The notes under the pieces were generated by a model, which saw nothing but the letters and a program-made list of their open reading frames with translations, was not told the origin of the DNA and made no database searches. Positions 50,309 to 59,466 of a stretch of DNA of 64,000 bases are shown piece after piece. The position numbers and the translations under genes are program-made. Source of the stretch: an uncultured Dehalococcoidales bacterium (lineage in GTDB: Bacteria > Chloroflexota > Dehalococcoidia > GIF9 > UBA5629); contig CAZJVJ010000003.1 in assembly GCA_964549635.1 (NCBI GenBank), positions 41,612 to 105,611 of the forward strand, read 5' to 3'. Numbering within the stretch: position 1 is the first letter of the stretch; every line of letters starts with the position of its first letter.

Positions 50309-51762
50309 ACAAATTGTGGTTGTTCGCCTATCTTTGCCAGCTTTTCTGCCAGGCGTTTCTTGTGCTCGAGGTTAGCTCGTCGCTCAATCATAATCCTTTG
50401 CGCCTGAGGAGAGCCAGCACCGTGCATTGATTCTACGAGTGCCGTACCACAGGTCATAGCCTCTAAAAGCCGCAGAAGTCTTATCCTGGTCTCTGCGGGC
50501 ACGTCAGCTAAACCTTTCATGTACTTGTCCACATATGCACCCACCCTCGGGTCTTTCCAGTCATTTTCGGAAGGTGCTGTTGCCAGTATACCTCCAGCGA
50601 TATCATGTGCTAACCTGGCAATCTCATAAATATGACGGGTAACATTTAATTTGGTGACATTGGCCAGGAGCGGGTCAGCCATATAGGAACCGGCAGGCAG
50701 GGGATAACCTTGGCAGGAACAGGCAATAGAGCAGCAGTAAAGTGTCTCGGTAAGGTGTACCATCTCCACTATCTTGTCCCTGACGTGCGAAGCCCTATCT
50801 GTTCCCTGAACCTGTGCAAGGGCGTAGGTAGTTCCAATGAGAGCATCAGCAAGCCCTGTCTTGCAACCACCATAATTTTGTCTGTGGGCAGTGGCAAATC
50901 TCTCTACTAGCTCGTACGCAAACTCATATTCACCACACATAAAGACATGCTCCCAGGGAATAAAGACTTTGTCAAAAACAATCAAAGCCTCACCTCCAAC
51001 GATGCCGTATTCCACATTCCCTTGGTCAAGAAAACAATTGCATTTGCGTGTGTCATTAGTCTGACGACCAAAAATATGGAATAGGCCAGAAGAGTCAATC
51101 GGCACGTAAAAGCAGACAGCATAGTCCGCATCTTCCGCTTTCATGGCAGCTGTTGGCATTACCAGATGACCGTGTGAATTGACCGCACCCGTGATGTGGG
51201 CCTTGGCACCGCTGACCACAATTCCGTTACTTTTTTGCTCCACTACATGCACATACATATCAGGATCTTTCTGTTGACTTGGTGCCAAGCGTCGGTCACC
51301 TTTAGGGTCTGTCATTGCTCCGGAGACCATTAAATCATCCTTCTGTATTTTTTTCAGGAGTTCAACGAGCCTCTTGTGATACTCTGTTCCCACTTTCTGG
51401 TCTATTTCATAGGTCACTGAATAGATAGCATTTAGTGCGTCATGGCCCACGCATCTCTGAAAGCAGCTGCCCGTTTGCTGGCCTATAGCGCGTAGCATTT
51501 TGACCTTCTTTATCAGATCATCGTGGCTATGGTGAATATGAGTAAAACGGTTTATTTTCTCACCAGTAAGATGTGAAGTTGCAGTCAGTAATTCTTCAAA
51601 CTCTGGTGCTAGTGCCATGTCATAGGTTAGTGCTGCTGCATTTATATGGGGCACAAAAGCGGGATGTTCTAAAAGGTTTTCAATCTTCTCCCCCATGTAA
51701 TATATTTCAGGCTTAAGACGCCTGAGGCTTTCTCGATACTGCTTACCTGTCATCATGTTCAA
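50302..51762 (-). CDS. abfD: 4-hydroxybutyryl-CoA dehydratase / vinylacetyl-CoA delta-isomerase family
   Basis: It resembles Clostridium aminobutyricum AbfD, as I recall that sequence, over the whole length (GEKIEN, SCFQRCVG, AMTDPKGDR, HRQNYGGCK, ESMHGAGSPQAQRIMI). The 4Fe-4S ligand pattern C..C / H......C is conserved. Confidence 0.85.
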   Translation of the reverse strand: MNMMTGKQYRESLRRLKPEIYYMGEKIENLLEHPAFVPHINAAALTYDMALAPEFEELLTATSHLTGEKINRFTHIHHSHDDLIKKVKMLRAIGQQTGSCFQRCVGHDALNAIYSVTYEIDQKVGTEYHKRLVELLKKIQKDDLMVSGAMTDPKGDRRLAPSQQKDPDMYVHVVEQKSNGIVVSGAKAHITGAVNSHGHLVMPTAAMKAEDADYAVCFYVPIDSSGLFHIFGRQTNDTRKCNCFLDQGNVEYGIVGGEALIVFDKVFIPWEHVFMCGEYEFAYELVERFATAHRQNYGGCKTGLADALIGTTYALAQVQGTDRASHVRDKIVEMVHLTETLYCCSIACSCQGYPLPAGSYMADPLLANVTKLNVTRHIYEIARLAHDIAGGILATAPSENDWKDPRVGAYVDKYMKGLADVPAETRIRLLRLLEAMTCGTALVESMHGAGSPQAQRIMIERRANLEHKKRLAEKLAKIGEQPQFVC

Positions 51763-52091
51763 AACCTCCGAATGTGTTTACTCGCCACAAACTCAGCATT
51801 TCGGCCAGAGCCGGATAGTGCTTTATAGCATTCAGGCAATAAAAAATCAACAATGGCAGTTAGGGCGTGGGTTTGGTTATATGCCTGATAAGGATGCTCA
51901 TAGGCACGCCGCGAAGACATTAGTAACGGGGAAGACTTGCCCAAACAAATTTAAGTTAGTGCAGTCTTGATTTAACAGGAGTTAAGTCCACGAGATTTCA
52001 CTCTAGTGGGCTAAATTTTTTGTTAACGCAAAGCTGCAGGCCTTGTAAACGTATGTCACAAATGTTTCCACTATCAACTTTCAGGATGCTC

Positions 52092-52140
52092 TTGTAACGG
52101 CGAGCCAAATAAAGATACAATGTGACCTTGACCGTTACAA
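52092..52140 (+). promoter_or_regulatory. candidate promoter (TTGTAA-18 nt-TACAAT) bracketed by the 9-bp inverted repeat TTGTAACGG / CCGTTACAA
   Basis: The -35 at 52092-52097 lies inside the left arm (52092-52100). The -10 is at 52116-52121. The right arm (52132-52140) sits just downstream of the predicted start site. Confidence 0.4.
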
Positions 52141-52157
52141 AAAGGGAGCTTTTTCAA

Positions 52158-53228
52158 ATGGACAGACTAAAAAACAGCGTTGGTATCTGGGCTTTCGGGC
52201 CTAATGCCACCCGCTTCATGCCACAAGGTTATCATCCGGAGGCATCTGACGAGGATATGGTAACCAAAGTGAAGCGGGTCACGGATCGACTGGGTGACCT
52301 TGTTGATGGTTATGAATTTCACTATCCTAACGAGGTCAATGAAGACAACATAGATAAAGTTGTAAAAGCGTTGGGGGGGCGCGACCTTTATGCTATCGCA
52401 TTAGGGTTGTTTTCCAATCCCAGATATGCACTTGGCTCATTTATAAACCCAGACAAGAGAATTCGTGAAGAATCTATAAAAATCGCCAAGCACGGAGTCT
52501 CTCTCGCTGCATCTGTAGGCGCTAAATTTATAGTCTGGCCAGGTGGTGAGGGGTATAACTATTCGTTTCAAGTCCCATATAAAGAAGTGTGGGAACGGTT
52601 CATTGCAGCAATTGCTGAAATAGTAGCTTGGGCCAACGAACACAGAGTCGTGGTGTTGCTGGAACACAAGAGTTCCGAACCAGCTATGAGAATACTGATG
52701 AGAGATATAGGTATGACCCTATATGTTATATCCAAAGTTAAAGAGCGGGGCGTACCTACGGATAATCTCAAGGTGAATATGGATTGGCAGCATCTGATTA
52801 TGAATGGGGAACCTCTTGCAGAATATGCAGCACTGCTGGCCAGAGAAAACCTTCTCGGGCATCAACACGGAAATTCGGGTTGGGGGGATTTTGATGATGA
52901 TAATATGGTAGGCGCTTCATATTTTATGCAAACATTGGACTTAGCGATAGAACTCCGCCGTGCTCGGTATGGACTTAATGGTGAGCGCATGGGATTCGAC
53001 CTTTTTCCTTACACAGAAGATCAGATTGAGGCAGTGAAGCGCAGCATTTATCAGTGGGAATTTATTGACTCTATTGCTGCGAAAATAGACGATAGTGCCT
53101 TAAAAAAGGCGCAAGCTGAACACGACGCTGTTGCTGCGTATGCAGTCGTCTATAAGGCTTTGGGTCTCGACGACAAGTTTATCGAGGACGTGCACGCCAG
53201 CCGTAAAAAATTAAAAGTTTCTGAATAA
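52158..53228 (+). CDS. xylose-isomerase-like TIM-barrel sugar isomerase (short, divergent)
   Basis: The ATG at 52158 has an AGGGAG RBS. Motifs F.FG.W.....RF, LLEHKSSEP (compare the xylose isomerase EPKPxEP block) and NMDWQH fit the family. It lies directly upstream of xylB with a 1-nt overlap. Confidence 0.6.
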   Translation: MDRLKNSVGIWAFGPNATRFMPQGYHPEASDEDMVTKVKRVTDRLGDLVDGYEFHYPNEVNEDNIDKVVKALGGRDLYAIALGLFSNPRYALGSFINPDKRIREESIKIAKHGVSLAASVGAKFIVWPGGEGYNYSFQVPYKEVWERFIAAIAEIVAWANEHRVVVLLEHKSSEPAMRILMRDIGMTLYVISKVKERGVPTDNLKVNMDWQHLIMNGEPLAEYAALLARENLLGHQHGNSGWGDFDDDNMVGASYFMQTLDLAIELRRARYGLNGERMGFDLFPYTEDQIEAVKRSIYQWEFIDSIAAKIDDSALKKAQAEHDAVAAYAVVYKALGLDDKFIEDVHASRKKLKVSE

Positions 53229-54781
53229 TGAGATGCTTTCTGGGCATTGATGTTGCTACCACTGGTGTGAAAGCGCTAGTGGTCTCTGAATTAGGAAAAG
53301 TTATAGCGTCTGCAACTAGAGAGTATCCTTTGCTAATGCCCAGGCCAAAGTGGGCAGAGCAAGATCCGGCGACGTGGTGGGAGGCAACTGTCTCTTCTGT
53401 GCGCAGATGTTTGGACGAGGCATTTTCAGTCACCGGTTCAAGAATCGAAATAATTGGCGTTGGGCTTTCAGGTCAGATGCATGGCTCTGTGTTTTTGGAC
53501 AGTCATGGTGTTCCGCTTCGTCCAGCGATATTATGGAATGACCAGCGTACTGAGCCGCAATGCAACGAGATCATAAGGGTTATCGGGTTTAACAGGTTGC
53601 TCGACCTTACCTTTAATCGAGCGTTAGCCGGATTTACTGCACCCAAAATACTCTGGCTACGCCAGAACGAGCCGGAAGTCTATGCACGGGTTTCCAAGAT
53701 ACTGTTACCCAAAGATTACATCAGATATAGAATGACCGGTGTGTTCGCTACTGAGGTCTCCGATGCTTCGGGGACGCTTTTGTTCAACGTACCAGAACGA
53801 AAATGGTCCCAGGAAATACTTCAGGAACTAGATATACCCCAAGAGTGGCTTCCGGACTGCTTTGAATCGCCGGAAATAAGTGGTTATTTAGCTGGGGAGG
53901 TGTCAGATGTATTGGGGTTAGCGAAAGGAACACCGGTTGTAGGCGGTGGTGGTGACCAGGCAGCTGGTGCTGTTGGTAACGGAATTATTCAGAACGGGTT
54001 GGCATCATGTGTGCTCGGGACCAGTGGGGTTATCTTCTGGCATTCGGACAAGCCGATTTTTGATCCTATGGGTAGACTACATTCATTTTGCCATGCCGTA
54101 CCTGGTAAGTGGCACTTGATGGCCGTCACTCTTTCTGCCGGAGGAGCACTCCGATGGTTTCGAGATACAGTGTGTCAGGATGAAATCTTAGAAGCAAATC
54201 GAGAGGGGATAAGTCCGTATCAGCTCATAGACCGAAAAGCCAGCGGTGTTTCACCTGGCTCGGAGGGTCTTATCTTCCTACCGTATCTCGCCGGCGAAAG
54301 GACTCCGTATGCGGATGCTAATGCCAGAGGTGCGTTCTTAGGTCTTTCGCTCAGGCATACGAAAGCACATATGGCCAGAGCGATTATGGAGGGAGTTCTT
54401 TTTAGTCTGAAAGATTGCCTGGAACTAGGGAAGGAACTGGGATTGAGCACCACAAAAATCTATCTGTCAGGGGGTGGGGCAAAAAGTGCATTCTGGCAGC
54501 AGCTAGCGTCAGACATCTTAGAGATAGAAGTGGCTCGAGTGGGCGTTGATGAGGGGCCAGCCTATGGTGCAGCAATTCTAGCTGCTGTTGGGGTAGGACT
54601 ATTTAGTTCTGTTCAGGAAGCTTGCGCTAAACTGACTTACACTGTAGATTCAAAATTCCCTGATTTGGCAAGGGTACACATATACCGCCGTCTTCATGCT
54701 TTGTACCAGCCTCTTTACAAGACTTTGAAACAGTTTTTTGATCAAGACGCTGCCTTCGTTGATTCGGTGCAGAATTATTAG
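53228..54781 (+). CDS. xylB: xylulokinase (FGGY carbohydrate kinase)
   Basis: LGIDVATTGVKAL N-terminus, WNDQR, GGGDQAAGAVG and YLSGGGAKS. Confidence 0.85.
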   Translation: MRCFLGIDVATTGVKALVVSELGKVIASATREYPLLMPRPKWAEQDPATWWEATVSSVRRCLDEAFSVTGSRIEIIGVGLSGQMHGSVFLDSHGVPLRPAILWNDQRTEPQCNEIIRVIGFNRLLDLTFNRALAGFTAPKILWLRQNEPEVYARVSKILLPKDYIRYRMTGVFATEVSDASGTLLFNVPERKWSQEILQELDIPQEWLPDCFESPEISGYLAGEVSDVLGLAKGTPVVGGGGDQAAGAVGNGIIQNGLASCVLGTSGVIFWHSDKPIFDPMGRLHSFCHAVPGKWHLMAVTLSAGGALRWFRDTVCQDEILEANREGISPYQLIDRKASGVSPGSEGLIFLPYLAGERTPYADANARGAFLGLSLRHTKAHMARAIMEGVLFSLKDCLELGKELGLSTTKIYLSGGGAKSAFWQQLASDILEIEVARVGVDEGPAYGAAILAAVGVGLFSSVQEACAKLTYTVDSKFPDLARVHIYRRLHALYQPLYKTLKQFFDQDAAFVDSVQNY

Positions 54782-54799
54782 ATATGAAAGGATAGAGCA

Positions 54800-57085
54800 A
54801 TGGGCCTATATCAAGATTTTTCTCAACCAATTGATGTCAGAGTGAAAGACCTGATTGCCCAAATGACTATCGATGAAAAGCTGGCACAGCTTGGTGCTAT
54901 TTGGAGCTTCGAGTTAATGGAGGAGGGAAAATTTTCTCTTGAAAAGGCCGAGTGGCTGATTAAAAATGGCATAGGTCAGATATCTAGAGCTGGTATAGGC
55001 ACTGCACTTCAACCCAAAGAGATTGCCACCTTTGTAAACAGCGTTCAGGAATTTTTAGTCAATAATACTAGACTGGGGATACCAGCTATAGTCCACGAGG
55101 AATGTCTGAGCGGTCTTATGGCAAAGGAGGCGACTATTTTTCCTCAAATAATCGGCATTGCCAGTACTTGGGACCCGGAATTAGTTACCAGGATTGCCCA
55201 AGTAATTAGGACTCAAATGAGAGCCACTGGTGTGCATCAGGGGCTTGGTCCTGTCATGGATGTCACCAGAGATCCACGATGGGGGCGAGTCGAAGAAACC
55301 TTTGGAGAGGACCCTTACCTCGTCGCTGAGATGGGAACAGCATACGTAAGGGGATTGCAAGGTGATGATTTAAAGAAAGGCGTTATCGCTACAATCAAAC
55401 ATTTTGTTGGCTATGGGGCGTCAGAAGGTGGACTTAACTGGGCTCCAGCAAATATACCACCTAGAATGCTCAGAGAGGTGTTTTTATATCCATTTAAGAA
55501 GGCCGTCACAGAGGCCGGGGCCATGTCAGTGATGAGTGCCTATCATGAGATTGATGGTGTACCCTGTGGGGCCTCCAAAGAACTTCTTACAGACATTCTG
55601 CGAAAGGAGTGGGGATTTGAAGGAGTTGTCGTTTCAGATTACTTTGCCATAAACACCCTACAGAGTTACCACAGGATAGCTAGTGATAAAGCGGAGGCAG
55701 CAAGGTATGCTCTGGAGGCAGGGATTGACATTGAGTTACCCAAGACTGACTGTTATTCCCAGCCCTTAAAAGAGCAAATCATTAAGGGCTTAGTAGCAGA
55801 GAAGCTGGTCGACCAGGTGGTTTCAAGAGTACTACGGTTAAAATTTAAGTTGGGACTTTTTGATAACCCTTATGTGCACCCGGAAAAGACAACGTGGGTT
55901 TTCGACACGCCAGACAACCGCTGGTTGGCACTGGAGGCGGCGCGTAAATCGTTGGTTCTTTTGAAGAATGAGGGTAAAATCTTGCCGCTGGACAGGAGTA
56001 TTGAGACCATTGCTGTAATTGGCCCAAGTGCAAACAGCCGTAGAAACCTTCTGGGTGATTACACCTATGCTGCCCATGTAAAGATAATGGAAATGATGAC
56101 TAATGCCCAAGGCACTTCCATTTCCGCCCCCTATGTAGAGGCCGACCAGATTACTGTACCTGTGGTAACCATAATGGAAGGAATCAAGGCAAAGGTTTCC
56201 GCAACCACAAACGTCTTATGTGTAGCAGGTTGCGAAATAAATGACAATTCGAGAGATGGCTTTGATGAAGCTATAAAAGTTGCTCAGCTGGCTAAAGTGG
56301 CAATTGTCGTAATTGGGGGAAAATCAGGGCTAACCCCAGAATGTACCTGCGGTGAAATGAGAGACAGTGCTGAACTTCGCCTCCCAGGCGTCCAAGAAGA
56401 ATTGGTAAGAAAAATCTATGAAACAGGCACTCCTACTGTAGTCATCCTGGTAAATGGAAGGCCTCTTGTCCTCGATTGGATAGCCAAGAAGATACCAGTA
56501 ATTATCCAAGCCTGGCTGCCAGGCGAGGAGGGCGGCAACGCTGTTGCCGATGTTCTTTTTGGTGATTATAATCCCAGCGGCAAGCTCCCAATATCTTTCC
56601 CCGAAAAAGTAGGACAGATCCCGGTCTACTACGGACATAAGCCTTCGGGGGCTAGGTCTCAACTCTGGGGAAATTATGTTGATGCCGGTACCAGTCCTAC
56701 TTTTGAATTTGGCTATGGCCTCAGCTATACTACCTTTGAACTTGGTAATTTAAGAGTAGAGCCAAAACAAATTCCATCGACTGGCGAAGTTTTAATAAAA
56801 GTCGACGTCAGGAATACCGGTACAAGGGCTGGTGAGGAGGTGGTTCAGCTCTACATAAATGACGTGGTCGCAAGCATTACTAGACCAGTCAAAGAATTGA
56901 AGGGTTTCAAACGGGTTGCCTTGAGACCTGGTGAAACTAAGACGGTGGAGTTCCAACTGCCAGCACATATGCTTGGCTTTTACAACAAGGACATGGAGTT
57001 GATCGTCGAGCCAGGCGTTTTTAAGGTTATGATAGGACGCTCTTCTAAAGATATCGCTGTACAAGACGAATTTGAGATAGCATAG
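54800..57085 (+). CDS. glycoside hydrolase family 3 (beta-glucosidase/beta-xylosidase) with C-terminal Fn3-like domain
   Basis: KHF.GYG, the SDY/VVSD nucleophile region, the GH3 C-domain, and the Fn3-like block EVVQLY...KELKGF.RV.L.PGE. Confidence 0.85.
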   Translation: MGLYQDFSQPIDVRVKDLIAQMTIDEKLAQLGAIWSFELMEEGKFSLEKAEWLIKNGIGQISRAGIGTALQPKEIATFVNSVQEFLVNNTRLGIPAIVHEECLSGLMAKEATIFPQIIGIASTWDPELVTRIAQVIRTQMRATGVHQGLGPVMDVTRDPRWGRVEETFGEDPYLVAEMGTAYVRGLQGDDLKKGVIATIKHFVGYGASEGGLNWAPANIPPRMLREVFLYPFKKAVTEAGAMSVMSAYHEIDGVPCGASKELLTDILRKEWGFEGVVVSDYFAINTLQSYHRIASDKAEAARYALEAGIDIELPKTDCYSQPLKEQIIKGLVAEKLVDQVVSRVLRLKFKLGLFDNPYVHPEKTTWVFDTPDNRWLALEAARKSLVLLKNEGKILPLDRSIETIAVIGPSANSRRNLLGDYTYAAHVKIMEMMTNAQGTSISAPYVEADQITVPVVTIMEGIKAKVSATTNVLCVAGCEINDNSRDGFDEAIKVAQLAKVAIVVIGGKSGLTPECTCGEMRDSAELRLPGVQEELVRKIYETGTPTVVILVNGRPLVLDWIAKKIPVIIQAWLPGEEGGNAVADVLFGDYNPSGKLPISFPEKVGQIPVYYGHKPSGARSQLWGNYVDAGTSPTFEFGYGLSYTTFELGNLRVEPKQIPSTGEVLIKVDVRNTGTRAGEEVVQLYINDVVASITRPVKELKGFKRVALRPGETKTVEFQLPAHMLGFYNKDMELIVEPGVFKVMIGRSSKDIAVQDEFEIA

Positions 57086-57089
57086 TAGA

Positions 57090-59330
57090 GTGAGCAGCCC
57101 AATCCTTTTGTATTTGATAGTCCTGTGTACAACACTGCTCTTATCGTTGGGGATAGTCGGCTACCTGCGCTGGCGAAAAAGCAGGTGGTGGGTTTTGTCT
57201 CTAGCTATTTGCGGCTCGCTGGCTGTTTATATCCTAGTCGGAGGCATTCTAAGGATAGCCCAAAGCTTTTACTGGGTCAATCATAACCCTGATATTTATC
57301 GCGAGGGAAAGATAGTTGATGGGATGGCTGACGGGCAGACCAGTATCACTCCAATTTTGGTGGAGCGAAATAGGTATCAAACACTTACCCTCACTTTTCG
57401 TGTTGGGGAACATGGCATCAAGCAAGGAGGTGGTCTCATCCTTCGTCTGGGCAAAATTATTGCTGTAGGGGGTCAGTTGAAATTTTACGATTGCTTTTAC
57501 CAGGACATGTGGGATGAGACCCTCCAAGTAAGCAAACCTTCTGCGCAGGGATATGTAAGAGTAGAGGCTCCAGAAGGGGTAAAAATAGTTTTGAGCAAGC
57601 CCTCTGCTCCGCCGCATAGGAATTTCTTGCTAAATACCTTTGTCTTGGATGTTGCTAGATACCGAAAACATCCTTCATCTCCGATATACTATCCCTTAAA
57701 TGTGGCTAGACGGCATGAGATACACCTTAAGCTAGTAAGAGGTTCTTTAGGATCAGGGGAGCAGGTGAAGCTCGTGCTGGGTGATACTTCTCGAGGTAGT
57801 CCTGGCTGGAAAATGCCTGACGGTGAAGCAGATGTAGACTTTATTTTATACGTTGACCAGGATGCAAGTGGGCGATACCGTATGGTCTCTTCCTATGCTA
57901 CGCTAGAAGTCTGTGGTGGTCAAATGGCCTCATTGGACGTACTGGCTCCCAGCACCCCGACTTTGCAAAAAAGTTTTACTGTTGTGGTGAAGGCTCTGGA
58001 TAAAGATGGCTTTCTTTCTATGTTATATGACGGCAATTTGTCATTCCTACCGCAAGAGGGAATAGAGTTTGCCACAGGAGACTACACCTTTTCCCCGTTG
58101 GATCGTGGAGTTGCTGAAATACAGGCTCGGGTCACAGCTCCTGGCACTTATCGCATCCATGTCAGAGACAATGCCACTGGTAAAATTTATACCAGCAACC
58201 CAATTTTAGTAAACCCGTCTGCGGAAAAATACATCTACTGGGGTGATTTGCATCAACACACCACTTTGGGAAAGGATGCTAACCGTAACCCTCAGTACGT
58301 TTATGAACGCAATCGCCGCATAGACCGCTTTGATTTTGCCTCTATAAGTATCCATGACCTTTTTGACTACTGGGGATTGCCTCCCAGTCAAGAAGAATGG
58401 GAGTATTTAGTAGACCTTAATGAGCGATATTATGTACCAGGGGAATTCGTAACTATCAACGGCTATGAATGGACTGATTATTATCATGGACACCGCAATA
58501 TTTACTACGCCCCGGATGAAAGTCCTATTTTAGTTTCTTATCTAGACGCAGCAACCCCGGCGGAATTGCAGCAAGTCTTGGGAAATCGCCGTTATCTAGT
58601 GATACCTCACCATACTGCTTGGCGGCTTTTCTATGCTAGCGTTCCTTATAACTGGGGTAGCCGGGATTGGGAACAGTTGCGCCTAGTGGAGATATTTTCC
58701 AAACACGGTAACAGCGACTATTTTGATGCCCCTTTTCCCATACATCATGACATCACCCCGTTTTTCACCTACCTTTATGGTGAGAAGAGTCACAGAGCAT
58801 ATGAAAATACCGGCTCGTACGTCAGGGAGGCTCTGTCACGGGGATACCGTCTTGGGTTTATTGCCGGTGGTGATAGCCACTGGGCAAGAGGAAGCAAAGC
58901 TTTTGGTGCTCGTATCACCAAGGATTATCAGCCTGGACTACAGGCAGTTTATTCCACCAACCTCACTCGAGAGGGCATTTTCGAAGCGATGTGGCAGAGA
59001 AATACTTATGCCACCACTGGTGCTCGAATTATTGTGGATTTCCGAATTAACAATTGCCTAATGGGCTCAGAGATATACAGCAATGAGTCTAACGTCATGA
59101 TATTTTGTTCAGTAAAAGCGACGGCACCGCTTAAGTGTGTTGAGATTTGGAAATACTCAAGCTCTAAAGGTTATGAGCTTTTTTACAGAGACGGTGAGGG
59201 GCAGCTTGAGCTGGAGTGCAGAATCGAGGACAATGCATTTAGGGAAAGCGCTTTGTACTTCGCACACATAATCCAAGTTGATGGACATCTAGCCTGGGCT
59301 AGTCCAATATGGGTTGACAAACCATATTGA
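57090..59330 (+). CDS. membrane-anchored protein: two N-terminal TM helices, about 330 aa of unassigned beta-rich region, C-terminal DUF3604-like metallohydrolase domain
   Basis: YWGDLHQHT, EWTD..HGHRN, VIPHHTA, GGDSH and LTREGIFEAMWQRNTYATTGARI fit the DUF3604/PHP-like pattern. It has a GTG start without a clear RBS, 4 nt after the GH3 stop. Confidence 0.6.
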   Translation: MSSPILLYLIVLCTTLLLSLGIVGYLRWRKSRWWVLSLAICGSLAVYILVGGILRIAQSFYWVNHNPDIYREGKIVDGMADGQTSITPILVERNRYQTLTLTFRVGEHGIKQGGGLILRLGKIIAVGGQLKFYDCFYQDMWDETLQVSKPSAQGYVRVEAPEGVKIVLSKPSAPPHRNFLLNTFVLDVARYRKHPSSPIYYPLNVARRHEIHLKLVRGSLGSGEQVKLVLGDTSRGSPGWKMPDGEADVDFILYVDQDASGRYRMVSSYATLEVCGGQMASLDVLAPSTPTLQKSFTVVVKALDKDGFLSMLYDGNLSFLPQEGIEFATGDYTFSPLDRGVAEIQARVTAPGTYRIHVRDNATGKIYTSNPILVNPSAEKYIYWGDLHQHTTLGKDANRNPQYVYERNRRIDRFDFASISIHDLFDYWGLPPSQEEWEYLVDLNERYYVPGEFVTINGYEWTDYYHGHRNIYYAPDESPILVSYLDAATPAELQQVLGNRRYLVIPHHTAWRLFYASVPYNWGSRDWEQLRLVEIFSKHGNSDYFDAPFPIHHDITPFFTYLYGEKSHRAYENTGSYVREALSRGYRLGFIAGGDSHWARGSKAFGARITKDYQPGLQAVYSTNLTREGIFEAMWQRNTYATTGARIIVDFRINNCLMGSEIYSNESNVMIFCSVKATAPLKCVEIWKYSSSKGYELFYRDGEGQLELECRIEDNAFRESALYFAHIIQVDGHLAWASPIWVDKPY

Positions 59331-59466
59331 ATTCTCCAACAAGTTTTTTATTTTTACATATGGCGTAAAAGGTATAATACAATGGTGCGCGAGGCAGGTC
59401 ATTTGATTTACGGAACCAGGTTGTCGTAGACTACTTTTTGATATTAAAAATCTCTATGAGGATGGC

